A stretch of 64,000 nt of DNA, from NCBI GenBank assembly GCA_030264375.1, contig JASCQW010000132.1, positions 64,086,403 through 64,150,402 of the forward strand, read 5' to 3'. The first letter of the stretch is position 1, and each line of letters starts with the position of its first letter. This DNA is from Carcharhinus longimanus (taxonomy: Eukaryota). The position numbers were made by a program, and so were the translations under genes. The notes beneath the pieces are model-generated. The model had not been told where the DNA came from and made no database searches. It worked only from the letters and a program-made list of their open reading frames with translations. Below, piece by piece: positions 1-13,380 of this stretch.

Positions 1-449
1 GCCGGGGGCAGGGGGCGGTGTTCAGGGAGAGCCAGGGGCAGGAGGCGGTGTTCAGGGAGAGCCGGAAGCAGGGGCCGGTGTTCAGGGAGAGCCGGGGGCA
101 GTGTTCAGTTAGAGCCAGCAGCAGGGGGCGGTGTTCAGTTAGAGCTGGTAGCAGGGGGCGCTGTTCAGGGAAAGCCGGCAGCTGGGGCGGTGTCCAGAGA
201 AAGCCGGCAGCAGGGGGTGGTGTGCAGGGAGGGCTGGCAGCAGGGGGCTCTGTCCAGAGAGAGTTGGCAGCAGGGGATGGTGTTCAGGGAGAGCCAGAAG
301 CAGGGGGCGGTGTTCAGGGAGATCTAGAAGCAGGGGGCGGTGTTCAGGGAGATCTAGAAGCAGGGGGCGGTGTTTGGGGAGAGCCGGCAGCAGGGGGCAG
401 TATTCAGGGAGAGCTGGCAGCAGTGGATGGTGTTCAGGGAGAGCCGGCT
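1..449. repeat. G-rich 30-bp minisatellite (consensus ~gccggcagcagggggcggtgttcagggaga), ~15 degenerate copies, runs off the window start
   Basis: Unit visibly repeats at 1, 31, 61, etc.; ORF 18..488 is just the translated repeat. Confidence 0.95.
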
Positions 450-496
450 GTTAGGATGCCAAGTTCTTGGAGCACTGGGTTACACTGAGCTGTTGC

Positions 497-770
497 TGGC
501 AAAGTGGTTAGCATTGCTGCGTCACAGCACCAGGAACCCGAGTTCAAATCCAGCCTTCTGTGACTGTGGCATTTGTATGTTCTCTCCATCTATGCATGGG
601 TTTCTGCCCACACTGCAAAGATGGCCATGTTAATTTGCCCCTTAGTGTAAGAGCGACTAGCAGTATAAATATGTGAGGTTATGGGGATATGGCCTGAGTG
701 GGATTGTTGTTGGTTCAGGCTTGATGGGCCGAATGACCTTCTTCTACACTGTAGGAATTTTATGATCTAT
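497..770 (+). mobile_element. HE1-like tRNA-derived SINE
   Basis: A-box/B-box-like head (agtggttagcattgctg...gagttcaaatcc) and CR1-type tail (gggccgaatg...cactgtagg...tatgatctat). Confidence 0.85.
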
Positions 771-1149
771 TGCTGAAGAGTCGGGAGTCTGATCCCCAAA
801 GTGCAGCAGATTTGATTACCTTCAGATAATTATCCAAGATCCCTGAAGGCTATAATTGAATCTGCATCCAACACAATCTCAGACTGTGCATTCCATTTCC
901 TAATCACTTGGAACAATAGTTACGTGGCTAGGTGGAGAAGCTGGAATTGTTCTCCAAGAAGAGAAGACGATTTGGAGGAGAATTCTGGACAGAGCAGACA
1001 GGGAGAAATTTTGCTTTGGGGGACTGGTTGAAAAGCAGAAGAAACTTGCGAAGTGATTGGTAAAAGATCCAGCAGTGATCTTTCCTCCTCGCTGCTGGAT
1101 CTTTTAGGGACGTTTTAGGGGCGATGTAATAATGATATACGAGAATGGT

Positions 1150-1245
1150 TTCAAGCAAGCTGAAAGCAAGGAAGTTTTCCTGAACACATTTCAGAAATTC
1201 TTCCCCTCCTTTCCCTTGTAACATTACCAAAGTTATGTCAATATC
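1150..1245 (-). mobile_element. CR1 LINE endonuclease fragment
   Basis: Minus-strand peptide GEEFLKCVQENFL is typical of the CR1 ORF2 APE domain. Confidence 0.7.
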
Positions 1246-1299
1246 CCCACTCTATATTTTTCCCATGGTGTTTTTAACTGCTTGAACCAGAAACGTGGT

Positions 1300-2480
1300 G
1301 GCTGGTATTTAGTCATCTTGTTTATCGGCATTACTCTGTAGGTTTTCAAGTGGTAAAACTTACTTCAACACAAGGAGCACATGAAGATTGCTGCTTCTCA
1401 CCACCCTCAAACTGGTTCTCTTCATCATGTATACAGTGATCTCCATCCCACAAAATCAAGGCTCTTTACATGTGCTGCTGACTAGGCCCTGGTTTTCCAG
1501 GATAAAGAACATCAGGACATTGAGATAACACTCGTTGAAGAGCTATGTTCTCTAGAAGCTTACATCAGAAAATAGAGACTTTGATGAAACACTGCTAAGA
1601 CTGTCATTTCAACCTTCTACCAGAACAACTCATAAACAAGGAAGTAATTCATGTCCGACTTGATGGCTGATCACTTGCCCATGACCCAATGCCAAAGTGC
1701 CTTGACATCAGTCTTGACTGTATGTTGACCAAATGGTAATAATTCAGAACATCAATGCCAGGTCAAGTTGAGATTGAATTCCATACGGAAATTGGCGGGT
1801 ACCACCTGGGCAATAGAGCCAACATGCTACACACTGCTTCATCTACCTTGGCATACCTCCTGCTTCTCAACCACACTCAAGAACCGCCACTGAAATATGG
1901 TAGCCATCCACCTTTGGGAAGTCAGAAAAATTATTTCTGGGACATTTAGAGCAACAAAACTCAAGAGACTTTCTGTGCTAATGATACATACTGAGCTCCA
2001 TAAGGAGAAACATCCTTGTCAAAGAACGCCATTGACTGACAGCAAACAAATTACCCCCATTGACTTAATACTTAAAATGAAACTTCACTTACTTGTCTGA
2101 GATCCTGTAATCCCTGCCTGAACACAAATATCCTACAAACTGGTGACAGCCCCACTTCTCAATGGCACACCACCAGGTTGACTGCAAATATCACCAAACA
2201 CAACTTAGTAATTGACCTAAGCGTTGAAGTTCTAGGTTTGAAGTTCCATGGAAAATCCTCAACTGCTTGAGAATGGGCCAGTGAAGATTTGGTCAGTTGG
2301 TTCACAAGTGGAACATGAGGAACAGTTCAAATTGTGACTGTGGCCATCCAGGTAAGACCATCGCCCATATACTGAACATCTGTCTTAAGAGATTCATACT
2401 TTGTGGCATCACAGCCATTCACACTTGTGTCAGCTGAATCTATTGAATAGAACCTCAATATTTAATTCTAACTGCTTTTT
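1300..2480 (+). mobile_element. Highly decayed non-LTR retrotransposon (RTE/RTE-X-like) RT and 3' region
   Basis: Degenerate YADD-like region near 1465-1500 and downstream RT-like patches (YLGVTLD-like near 1690-1725); many stops. Confidence 0.5.
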
Positions 2481-3599
2481 CAGCCATGTATATTATAAAG
2501 CAAAACTATAGCACTGGCACATATCTATTATTTTCCTGCAGAATCTTTGCAAGAATTCTCACCTGTAGTATAGAGCAATCTCTTCAACAAGCATTAGATG
2601 TGCCATGATGTCACCAAGGAGCCAATAATAGCAGTTAGCAGCAGGACTAAAGAAAAAGGATCCAGTGTGTGATGATTTTTAGATGTAAATATTCACATGT
2701 TGACTGGGATCCCAAAATGCTGGCTATTAGATTTAAACAATGAGAANNNNNNNNNNNNNNNNNNNNNNNNNNNNNNNNNNNNNNNNNNNNNNNNNNNNNN
2801 NNNNNNNNNNNNNNNNNNNNNNNNNNNNNNNNNNNNNNNNNNNNNNNNNNNNNNNNNNNNNNNNNNNNNNNNNNNNNNNNNNNNNNNNNNNNNNNNNNNN
2901 NNNNNNNNNNNNNNNNNNNNNNNNNNNNNNNNNNNNNNNNNNNNNNNNNNNNNNNNNNNNNNNNNNNNNNNNNNATGTAGAACTTTGGATTTGAAGAAAT
3001 GAATTGAGGAGTGACACTATCGGGAAACAGAGAGGAGCCCTGGAGATAAAAGAGCATGAAAGGGAGACAGCAACGAGACTTCATAAAGAAACACAAGAGG
3101 GAGAGGAAGAGACAATTGGTGAGCGACAGCTGAGTAAACACTTCATATAAAGTTTAAGGTATATCATCCTGACAACATACCACCCTGAAGTCAAATCTAC
3201 AGCCACAGAAATGCTTCTTTTCTCCTCTAACTATGGAATCCCCTTCCAATATTGCACTTCTGCTCTTCCTCCTCCCCTCTTATGCAGCTAGGCCACCTTG
3301 GTGCTACAAAGTTGGGTCTTGCTACAATCCTGAAGAATCATTTCACTCACCAGTATCTAAAATGCAGAAGCATTTAGAGAGCGAGGTAGCCTTAAAGGAT
3401 TTCTGCACTACCTGCCTGTTTCTCTGAGATACTCTGCCAGTCAGCCATTCTCTCTCCACCTTTGTACATCTTATCTGCAGTGTGATCACCTCTCTAAATC
3501 TCCTATCCACAGAATCCTCAGCCTTGTGGATGCACCACTGTGACTCCAGCCACTCTCAAGTTTCACAACCCTGGAGAGCAGGACCTCAAGTGCAATAAT

Positions 3600-4020
3600 C
3601 TCAGGCTTTCTTATAGTACCTGTGTGCAGGGAGAGGGATAGAGAGGGACTATGATCTTGGTGGATGTGCCCCCATTGAGCACAAAGGATACCCTAAAAGG
3701 AGGTACCGCACCACTTCCTGCTCCACAGTTGCCTGCACAGTGAAAGCGACTGGGCTGCTTACTTTTGTCCCTGCCTTTCCCAGCAGGCCTGAAAACTGTG
3801 GCAGAAGTTGATTGAGGCCCTTAAGTGGCAGTTAATTTGCCATTAAAGGGCCTCAATAGACCTAAAGACAGACAGGTTGTCTGACACCTTACCTGGTCTC
3901 TGAAATATAGGGGGGCAAGTTGAGGATTGGCAGCAGCAAACTGGCCAGTTTATTTTGTGAAACCTCCTTCACCATCATTTTTAAATATGCCAATGGGGAA
4001 GGCAGTAAAATTCAGCCCCA
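3600..4020. mobile_element. PIF/Harbinger-type non-autonomous element fragment
   Basis: Ends in the terminal motif gtaaaattcagccc; internal palindrome gaggcccttaagtggc...gccattaaagggcctc resembles that in the 13381-14995 element. Confidence 0.6.
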
Positions 4021-4589
4021 ATGGGTTGAGTGACCAGACAGTGTAATATGAACCAAAACTGCAGATATGCCTGATGGGCACACTTAGATTGCGTTTATAC
4101 AACATTGACGAGGTAGTTGCCAATCCTATTTTTTTTAAGAACAATCATTCAGATACCTAATTGTGGATTACGCATACAAAAACAACTGGTTTGAGTTAGG
4201 AGCTACTTACCAACGAAAACTTGGAAGAGCTCATGTTCTAGTAAACTTAGAACTTAGAATTTCTTCTTTGGGTTTGTGATGTCAAATGTGCTCAGTTACA
4301 ATGCAAACTTGCAACAAACTGCCTAGCAACCACTAATACATACTTACAATTGTGGGTTCTATGTAGAATAAAATAAACATTCTTTATTCCACGACAGTTT
4401 AGTGTCCTTACTTTTGTAATGTCAGTAGATATGATTTGAAATGCTTCTTGTTACTGGAAACCCAGCATTTTAATATTCCCAACTGTTAAGTATTACATAT
4501 GTAGACAAGTAGTATTAAATCCTGTTTTGCCTGAGCAGCCCTCTTCAGGATTAGTTCTGCTTGTTCCACAGGAGGAAGTGGCTAGAAAA

Positions 4590-7400
4590 GATGTCCTAAA
4601 AATAGATAGTCTCGCTCCAAACCTGGCTGGAAATTTGCATCCAGCTGGATCACTCTGTGGTCAAACCTTACAAAAAGAATCAAGATCGGATCTTGGAATA
4701 TTAGACGATCTGCACGATGAACAGTAATAGTAGCCTGCAAGTTTTGACATTCACATTGCAGCCTTTAGCAAGACCAACCATGCAGTTGAGGAACAAATAA
4801 AAGAACATGGAGGTGGCTGTACTTTTTTCTGGAGAGGAAAATCATGAGCAGGTCTTAGCTTAGCTATCAATAACTAACTCATGAAGAGATTCCACAAATC
4901 TGTGGTTGGGATCAATGAATGTCTTATGACACCCGATCTTAAGCTCAAAGTAAATCAGTCTGCCACTGATATCAGTGCTTATGCACCTGCTTTGGACTCC
5001 AAAGGCAATGTGAAAGAAACCTTTTGTTGCAACCCAGTGGCAACTCTGGCAGCTGTACCGTCACAATCAACAGTCATATTACTCGGTGATTTCAGTGCCA
5101 GGGTGAGGTCAACCATGCCCTTTGCCAGATACTATTGGAAAACATGCAGTTGGACAATCCAATACCAATGCTGAAACTTGTGGTCACTAAAACTCTTTTC
5201 TACCAAAAAAAAACCTCACCAAGAGATCCTGGCAACATCCAAGATTGAAACACTAGCTCTTAATTGGCTGTGTGATAGTTAGGAGCAGGGATCAAAAAAA
5301 AGATGTGCATGTCTCAGGTACTGTGATTACAACCAATAAATGCTGGACAGATCACCAACACATAAGCTTGGTACTGGCTCCTGAGATAACCCTCAAGAGG
5401 AACCGGCAGCCATGACAGGTATGGAGATAGTTTGAGGTTTCTGGTTATTTGAACACCCCAAGATCAAGGAATTTCAAGAACAATACAGGAACTGCTGATC
5501 ACACCATCAAACATCCAGATGACCGGCAAACATTGAAATCCAGATCACTCATACATACCAAGAAATACTTGGACACATCACATAAAGACACCAAGATGGT
5601 TTGAGGAGAATGATGCAGAAATATGCAAACTCATCAACTGTAAATGGATCACATTTCAAATCTGGCAACAGGGTTGAACCTCCACAGAAAAGTAGCTCAC
5701 CTATTGGAAAGCCAAAGCTAAAGAATCCATGATGCAAAGAACAGATTATGGATAGAGAAGACTGAGGAAATTTCTCATACCTTTTTCAAGACAGCCAAAT
5801 GTCTATAGATCCTTAACACACAGTCAGAAGTCCCAAAGGTGTCAGGACTCTGCTAAAAGACAAGGTAGTATCAGTATCCACTGGAAACAGCACATTGCAG
5901 GACGATTTAATCAGAATTTCACCATGGACATGCTGGAGGACCTCCAACAAACAATCAGACGTGAGATAAATGATGATCCAATGCTCAACAAAGTGATAGC
6001 TGCTGTCAGCCGGATGAAAGACAATGCAGTTACTGATTCTTATAATATCCCTGCAGAACTTGTGAAATACAGATCAGACATACGACCTCTTGGATACGCC
6101 CTATTTGTGAGGCTCTGGCAGAATGAAGGAATTCTACGTGACTTTAGAGATCCCCTTGATGATCACAATCTTCAAAAATGATGACAATTTGAACTGTAGC
6201 AACCACAAGGCCATAACATTGCTATCTATTGTTAACAAAATCCTGGCTAAGATACTTAATTGCCTCTCACCAATTGCAGAAGACCTCCTTTCAGAATTCC
6301 CATGTGGCTTCCAACCTGATGGAGATCAATTGATATGCTCTCATTCATGCCACCATCAGGAAAAGTGTAGCAAGCAGAACATTCCTTTGAACATGGTCTC
6401 TTCAATCTCACAAAAATTTTCAAATCTACCTCACAAAGGCCTTCCAACTGGTGAACAGAACGGCTGTTTAGAAGATGCTATAATGATGATCAGAGGATTA
6501 GATAGGGTGGACAGTAACAGACTTTTTCCTCGAATGGTGATGGCTAGCACAAGGGGACATAGCTTTAAATTGAATGAGGGGTGATAGATATAAGTCAGAT
6601 ATCAGAGGTAGGTTCTTTACTCAGAGAGTAGTAAGGGCGTGGAATGCCCTGCCTGCAACAGCAGTGGAGTCACCAACATTAAGGGCATTTAAATGGTCAT
6701 TGGATAAACATATGGATGATATTGGAATAGTGTAGGTTAGATGGGCNNNNNNNNNNNNNNNNNNNNNNNNNNNNNNNNNNNNNNNNNNNNNNNNNNNNNN
6801 NNNNNNNNNNNNNNNNNNNNNNNNNNNNNNNNNNNNNNNNNNNNNNGGGCATTTAAATGGTCATTGGATAAACATATGGATGATATTGGAATAGTGTAGG
6901 TTAGATGGGCTTTAGATTGATTTCTCAGGTCAGCGCAATATCGGGGGCTGAAGGGCCTGTACTGCGCTGTATTGTTCTATGTTCTATGTGGATGCCCAGC
7001 TCAGCTCAGAAACATTATCCAGCTCTGTATGACAATATGCAAATAACAGTACAATGCAATGGCGCCACTATAATCCTTCCCTGTCAAAAAGGGATCAAGT
7101 AGGGGTGTGTAATACTATTCTTAATATTCCTTACAGAAATGTTGCAGCTTATTACTGACAGGCGCGGTAATAGCTTATCACAATGATAGTAAACTCTTCA
7201 ACCTCAACTGGCTGAAGGCCAAAAAAAAAATTACCACTTCTGTCAAATAACTACAGTATGCTGACAATGCACCAGTTAACGATGGCTCTGAAAAATTACC
7301 ATACGTGTATTTACTCAGGACTATAACAGCATGAGACTTGCCCTGAACACCAGAACATCAATGTTCTCGACCAACCCACATCAAATTGATCAAATCCAAT
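4590..7400 (+). mobile_element. Decayed RTE-clade LINE (APE + RT), interrupted by a CR1 3' end
   Basis: Peptides SAYAP...ILLGDFSARV (APE) and ITIFK...NCSNHKAITLLSIVNKILAKIL...EFPCGFQP (RT); resumes after 6990 with LYDNM...QKGIK and tatgctgac (YAD) at ~7258. Confidence 0.85.
6465..6988 (+). mobile_element. CR1/HER1-type LINE 3' end nested in the RTE
   Basis: IRGLDRVD...TRGHSFKL, FFTQRVV..WNALP, (ttctatg)n tail; N gap inside. Confidence 0.9.
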
Positions 7401-8049
7401 GCCTTCAATTAAGATTCATGGACCTGAATTTTCATCCTCGAGGCAGAAAGTGGGGACCAAGAAAGTTCAGCCCATCCACATTGGCAGGAAGTACCCGCAA
7501 AGGTGAGATCTTTATCACCAGAGGAGTAGTTGTATCTGGAGTCGGGTCAGCTGACCCAGGAAGTAGCTGGAAGATAGCCACAGGGACAGCTGAATGCAAA
7601 GATGGGTTGTTTAAAAAGCCCACCTCGGTGCTGTGGGAGTGCATCCCAGTTAAAATAAAAACAGAGACCCTCCAGCCCTTATCCTTCATACCCCCTCGTG
7701 CTCCAAACACAATGCATATCCCATTCATGCCATGTCATTAACCCACCCACCCTCTATGGCCTTTCATGTTCCCGTGATAAGCTCTGCCCTTCCACCTATG
7801 GCTCCTCATGCCCTTATGCCAAACTCTGTCCTGCCACCCATCCCCTCTCTCCCACATTTGCACATGCCCTTATGCCTACTTGGATGAGCACTTTAAATAT
7901 AACATTCAAGGATATGGGACAAGTGCAGGAAAATTGAATTAGTATGTCTTTCATGGTAGTTATTGTCAGTGCAGACTTGATGGGCTGAAGGGCCTTTTCT
8001 GCACTGTCTAGCTCTATAACTCCATGCCAAGCTCTGAACTTCACTTCTA

Positions 8050-8285
8050 AGGGATAGGAGCAGACTTCTGCTCCTATTTCCAAGTCACTCACCATCTTGA
8101 CTTGGAAATATATCACTTTTCCTTTCTGAGTCAAAAGATCTCACAGCACTGTTGGTGTACCTACCACGTGGCCTGCAGTGGTTCAAGAAGGCAGCTCACC
8201 ACCACCTTTTCAAGTGCGATTAGGGATGGGCAATAAATGCTGACCTAGCCAGTGACAACCACATCCTGTAAATGAATTTTTAAAA
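8050..8285 (+). mobile_element. CR1/L2-clade LINE 3' end
   Basis: ttcaagaaggcagctcaccacc...tagggatgggcaataaatgctg tail; similar tails at ~32440, ~39480 and ~51370. Confidence 0.65.
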
Positions 8286-10249
8286 ATCCTTTGTGTTTAC
8301 CCAATCTCTGTGGCCCATCTCAATCTATAGCATTGCATGCTCATTGACCCACTAGACACTGTCTAGAAACAAAGAAACTTATAATGATGGTAGGATACAT
8401 AAAAAACAACTTAGAAAAAGGTAAGTAATTCATAACTTTCTTCTATGTTTAAAAAAAATTACTACAAGTTAATAAAAGTGTCAATCATTCAGACCCTTTG
8501 ACATATTAATAACAAAAGACACAAATATTTGAAACCATTTATTTTGTAAACAAACATTGTGAAATTGACAGCAGGGATCAGAAAGTCTGAGCTGGCAATA
8601 AAATAATGTTTTCTCTGGGTTGCAGCTGTTTCATCAAGTTTAATGGATGTCCGGATTGGCTTGGCTGAGAGCCCAGACAACTAGTACTCATGTTGGAACC
8701 CCACCCACTTCCATTCGATGGGATTGGAAATGTCAATGCACAATGTATATGCAGAGCAGGCGATGCTTGAAGGTTGGATAGGTGAGTTGTTTGGAGGTAT
8801 ATATAGTAGTAGCGAGGTCAGGAAATGAATTGGACTGATTGGAATTACATCTCTGAATCTGAAGAATTAGCATGTTTTTTGTACGAGCATTCAAAAATAC
8901 ATCCCTGACCATTGTGTTGGAAAATGCATTGATCTGTCAGTTTTTGAGAATCATTGGCTTTTTAATCCAGTGAAAGACCTCTAAGAACAAAACAGACACC
9001 AAAAAAGAATCCAGGCAGGCAGTCATTTCAAAATGAGATGCTTCACAGGCAATCAGGCAGCATCAAGCCAGTTACGATAAATGACAACAGGGAGAGTGCA
9101 TCTAAGAGATCCTTGGTCTCTTAAACAAGGTGCAAACAGACTATTCTGATGAAGTTAAATAAGATGACTCATCGAAGTGAAAATAACATTGAGTGTTCTT
9201 TATTTTATATTGTTATATGAGAATAAATGATACTGAATGAAATAAATGACACTGATCATATTCATTTCTCTGCATATTTCTCTTCACTGTGGAATAAAAC
9301 ATTTTGAAACAAACTTTGCCTCGTCTATTGTTAATTCATGCCCTTTTTCATTGAAGAAAAGCATGTGCAAAGGACATAAAATTTCAGTTCTACTGATGGG
9401 ACATTCTATTGTTACTCCCCTGGGTGTCACTATTGTGCAAGCTGATATTGGGCAATGTGAATCAATTCCATAAAAATAAGATGCTGAAAGCATGGAATTC
9501 ACAATTCTTCAGCACAACCTAGTTTGTAATTGACAAAGTGGCTCGAGTGATAACGTTGTATTGACCCTTTGGCCAAATTGTGCGTGGCAAATATCCAAAC
9601 ATACTTTTTATCCATATTGTAGAGGTAAATAGAAACAAAGATATATAATTTATAACTCTTAAAATGCTTTCAACAGTTTAAATTCAGTTGAAACAAAGCA
9701 TTGCTAAAAAGATAGAGCAACATGCAATGATATCATTGAACATGTGGTGTCAACTCAGAATAATGGAAAATGTTACTGTTTCTGCCTAATTATTAAGGCT
9801 TTGTTTGCAATCTTAATTGGTTAGATTGGGGCTCCTGTGAATTGATAGCAGCCTGGCTGCTGAAAGAACGTTTTGTTGTTTTTCAGCAGGAGGTTTTCTT
9901 AACCCCTTTGGGTAATCAGATAGAATAATCCCAGAGATGGATTCTGCATGGATAGGCCATATTTGTTGAGGAATTTAAAACAATCCAAATTTTTACTATT
10001 TGGTGTTTTGAAGTTTCTCTGAAGACTTCTCCAGCTACTCATAGTGAGAATTGGTGAAATGTATTCTTTGGACTGAAGAAGTAGATTTCCTAATGGAAAT
10101 CTCTCTCTTCTTAGGATGAGGAAGATCAGGAGGAAATTAAAAAAGTATAGACTGGCTGAACTTAGGGTAAGGCACCACAGAAAATACTTGTTTCAACCCA
10201 CTCAGTAGGTCTTACACACCAAGGAGATCTCAGATTTCTCAGGGGACTA

Positions 10250-11400
10250 ATGCAACTGCTGGCTGCAGCCCCAGCCAGCCCACCTTAACAAGGGAAAATC
10301 CATGACGTTGAAAGTGACCACTGCTGTGGATTATCTTCCCAGGTAATTTCCAGTTACTATTGTCCAATCTGTCAAGAAGCAGCATTGATATCCTTTGCTG
10401 ACAGACTCACAATTTATTACATTCTTTGTAGAACCCAAGGAACAAATAGATTAAGCAGCTAATTCTGTTGATTTGCAGTGTTCTTTTGGGAACCAAGGGC
10501 AACTGATAGAACTTATGTGATAGCTCCATATGGGAACCTGTTCAATTTCATGAATAAGAAAGGCTTTATTCAATCAACTCATCTTATCCTGCAAGTTACC
10601 TACTGCATCAATCTGCAATGCCAACTGTGATGTCTCAAAACCCTGAGTCAGGATAATTGTTTAGGAACCAGTGTTCTTCCCTGCAGTCATAGCTAATAAT
10701 TCTGCTCAGGCAACACAGATTAAGGAGAACACATGCATAATTAGGTACAGGAGAGTACAAGAACTGTGTGAGACAGGTCATGAATATTCTGATGTTTCAT
10801 TTTGGTTGCCTCAATAAATCTGGTAGCACAATGCAGAACAGCTCATTGAAGGTCTCTGACCCCTGTTTGAGTGACAGTGGGATTCAGAAGCCGCACGAAA
10901 ACTTTGCTGGAGGCTTCACCTACGTTGCTGACTTCTCTCTTTTGTGCATGGTGCCTTGATTGCATGCACATTTTGATGCATACTTCCCATAAGAACTCTA
11001 CATCACTTGAAGTGCTGTTCCGTTCCCTTAATGTACAGTTGGTTTGCAATAACAGACATTGTAACCTGCAGGTTTGTGCCTGCTATCCTCACAGCAGTCA
11101 TGACATCACCATTTGGTGGCAAATTCCAACCAGCCCTCCAGGATGTAGGCTTGCTATTGGATGACAAGGGTTATCCCCACCTGACTCAAATCAGGAACTC
11201 ACATACACCTGCACAGTAGGAATACAATCAGAGCCATGCCGCCATTGAACATCATAGAATTTATAATCAATATCTTCCCACAACACTTTCACTGCTTGGA
11301 TCATTCAGGACGAGCTCTGCAAAACTCAGCTGAGCAGGTATTTATAGTTGTGTGCTGCATGCTACACAATGAGGCTTTCATGAGGGAACAGCCCTTGCCA
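10250..11400 (+). mobile_element. Two tandem decayed PIF/Harbinger (HARBI1-like) DDE transposase relics
   Basis: GALDCxHI-like, FRSLNVQLVC, A.YPHSSHD, LLDDKGYP, FHCLDHSG.ALQ and IVVCCMLHN motifs; an extra FGCLNKSGSTMQ C-terminal motif at ~10800 precedes the second copy. Confidence 0.85.
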
Positions 11401-12819
11401 TCCCCTACTCATTGAGGAGTAGAATTTTGAGAAACAGAGGCTACAACCTAGACAGCCTCCATCTGGAAGGGCGTGTATAAGATCAGCTCATTTAGAAGAG
11501 CTTCCGCCAACCTCAAATTGATCTGTCAAATCATTGTTAGGTCTGACTTATCTCTCAATAATCATCCCATTGTCCTCTTTCTCTTCATACTTACGCCAGA
11601 TGGACTTTAACACAATATACCAAATATTCTTCTTCTCTGCTGTAGCTATAAAGCCTGTGTCAAATGTGAAATAAAATTCAAACTTAACAAATTAAACACT
11701 ACATAATGCACACAAAATGAAATAAATCAGTATTGTACATTCCCTTCAAGCCTAGCATTTGTATATCTTTCCTTACACTAATATTCCTACAAGTTATTTC
11801 CCTACTGGATGGATCTTAGGATTGGAAGGCTGTTCTAATGGGGGAACTGTGTGGCAGCAAATAGACAAATCTCTTGTGACTTTGCATTCAGGTGGGTGAA
11901 GCCAAACACCTGGCAGTTACTTCCCCAGCAACCTCTTCTCACTGTCTCCTCATCATGTACCATGAAGGCTTCCTATCTCCGCTCCCTTTGCCTAGTGGAT
12001 ATCCAATCCAACTCCTGTACCATGGCCTCCCTCCAGAGCAATATCAGAGAACCATTTTATATGCTTTCTGCCATGTTCTCCCATTCTTCGGGTATAAGTC
12101 AAAGTTGCCTTCAGTTCCAATTGCTGTCACAATCCACCTCCCCTTTTAAAAGGTGCTGGCTCCCTTAAAGTAACATTCTGCCCTTGTCACATTGAGCTAC
12201 CACCTTCATGCAGCTAATCAGTGGCATGGATAGCACTGTCTTCATGCAGCAATCAGTTCAATCAGCAGGCAGCACATATTTTATCTGCTGCTGACATTGT
12301 GCACACAGACACAGTTTAACTGTGTACCATAAACCCTGCCCCATTTCCCTGTGATATTAAATTATACTACAAGTATAATTTATGTAAGTATAATATAAAT
12401 TATACTACAAGTACGCAGAGGATGCAATATGATTTCAAAGATAAACAGATGTTTTTTTCAAATAAATAAAGACATGGGGCAATTCAAGGAATGAGCATAG
12501 TAGTGTCTATCTGCAGAACCATAACTGTAATAACATGCAGTTTGGACTGACTAGTTTCCATTTTTGCCATACTTTCTAAAACCTTAGAGTTAGTGCTTCT
12601 GAATCTGGCAGCAATGTGCAATCTTTTATTATAATAAGAGAAAAGGTGGCTGAACTCAGGCTCAGAAATAAAAATAGTTCTGTTTCAGTTCTTTCTATTA
12701 TGCTGTGTTAGGTTTTGCAAAAGCAATTTTTATCTTGCTCAATGCTAATGCAGTTAGAATAGAAGTAAATCAATGTACATTTGAACATTTCAGAGTACAC
12801 TGATTCACTGCAAATTCTT

Positions 12820-13205
12820 TGAATTGAATTGATTTATTATTGCCACATGTATTGGCATACAGGGCAAAGTATTGTTTCTTGTGAGCTATTACAGACAAAA
12901 CATGATTTCGAGATGCTGGCATTGGACTGGGGTGAGCACAGTAAGGTTAAAGTCCAACAGGTTTATTTGCAATCACGAGCTTTCTGAGCACAGACTCACC
13001 TGATGAAGGAGTAGCACTCTGAAAGCTTGTGATTCCAAATAAACCTGTCAGACAAAACATACTGTTCATTGAGTACATAGGGGAGAAGGAAAGGATAGGG
13101 TGCAGAATATAGTGTTGCAGTTACCGATAGGGTGAAGAGAAAGATCAGCTTAATGTGTGATAGGACCATTCAAACATCTGATGGCAGCAGGGAAGAAGCT
13201 GAGTC
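12820..13205 (-). mobile_element. Rex1/Babar-like LINE 3' end
   Basis: Same family as 19928-20295 and 42388-43040 (tttattattg.cacatgtatt..atacag..aaagtattgtttcttg); interrupted by a Penelope-derived insert. Confidence 0.75.
12904..13048. mobile_element. Short palindromic Penelope-derived element with 12-bp target-site duplication and hammerhead-like motif
   Basis: TSD cagacaaaacat at 12892-12903 and 13049-13060; inverted arms acaggtttatttg.aatcacgagctttc / gaaagcttgtgattccaaataaacctgt; CTGATGA 13000-13006, GAAA 13021-13024. Confidence 0.75.
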
Positions 13206-13380
13206 ATGGATGTGAATACCTGATTGAGATAATCATTGTTCTTATTTTGACACCTTGCTCTTCATTGGTAACTGGGCAACCTAAGACCTTATTCTGCAAG
13301 ATCTGAAATTTCAGGAATTTAACATCTTTGTGAGCAATATTTATTGTGTGCAAGTATATTTTTTACAGTCTTAACACTTA

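Noticed and set aside
18-488. 156-aa Gly/Ala-rich ORF
   Set aside because: Translation of the 30-bp minisatellite; no splice or domain evidence
2541-2670. Strong acceptor possibly an earlier exon of the 8.3-23.3 kb pseudogene
   Set aside because: No convincing donor and multiple stops; cannot be phased into the chain
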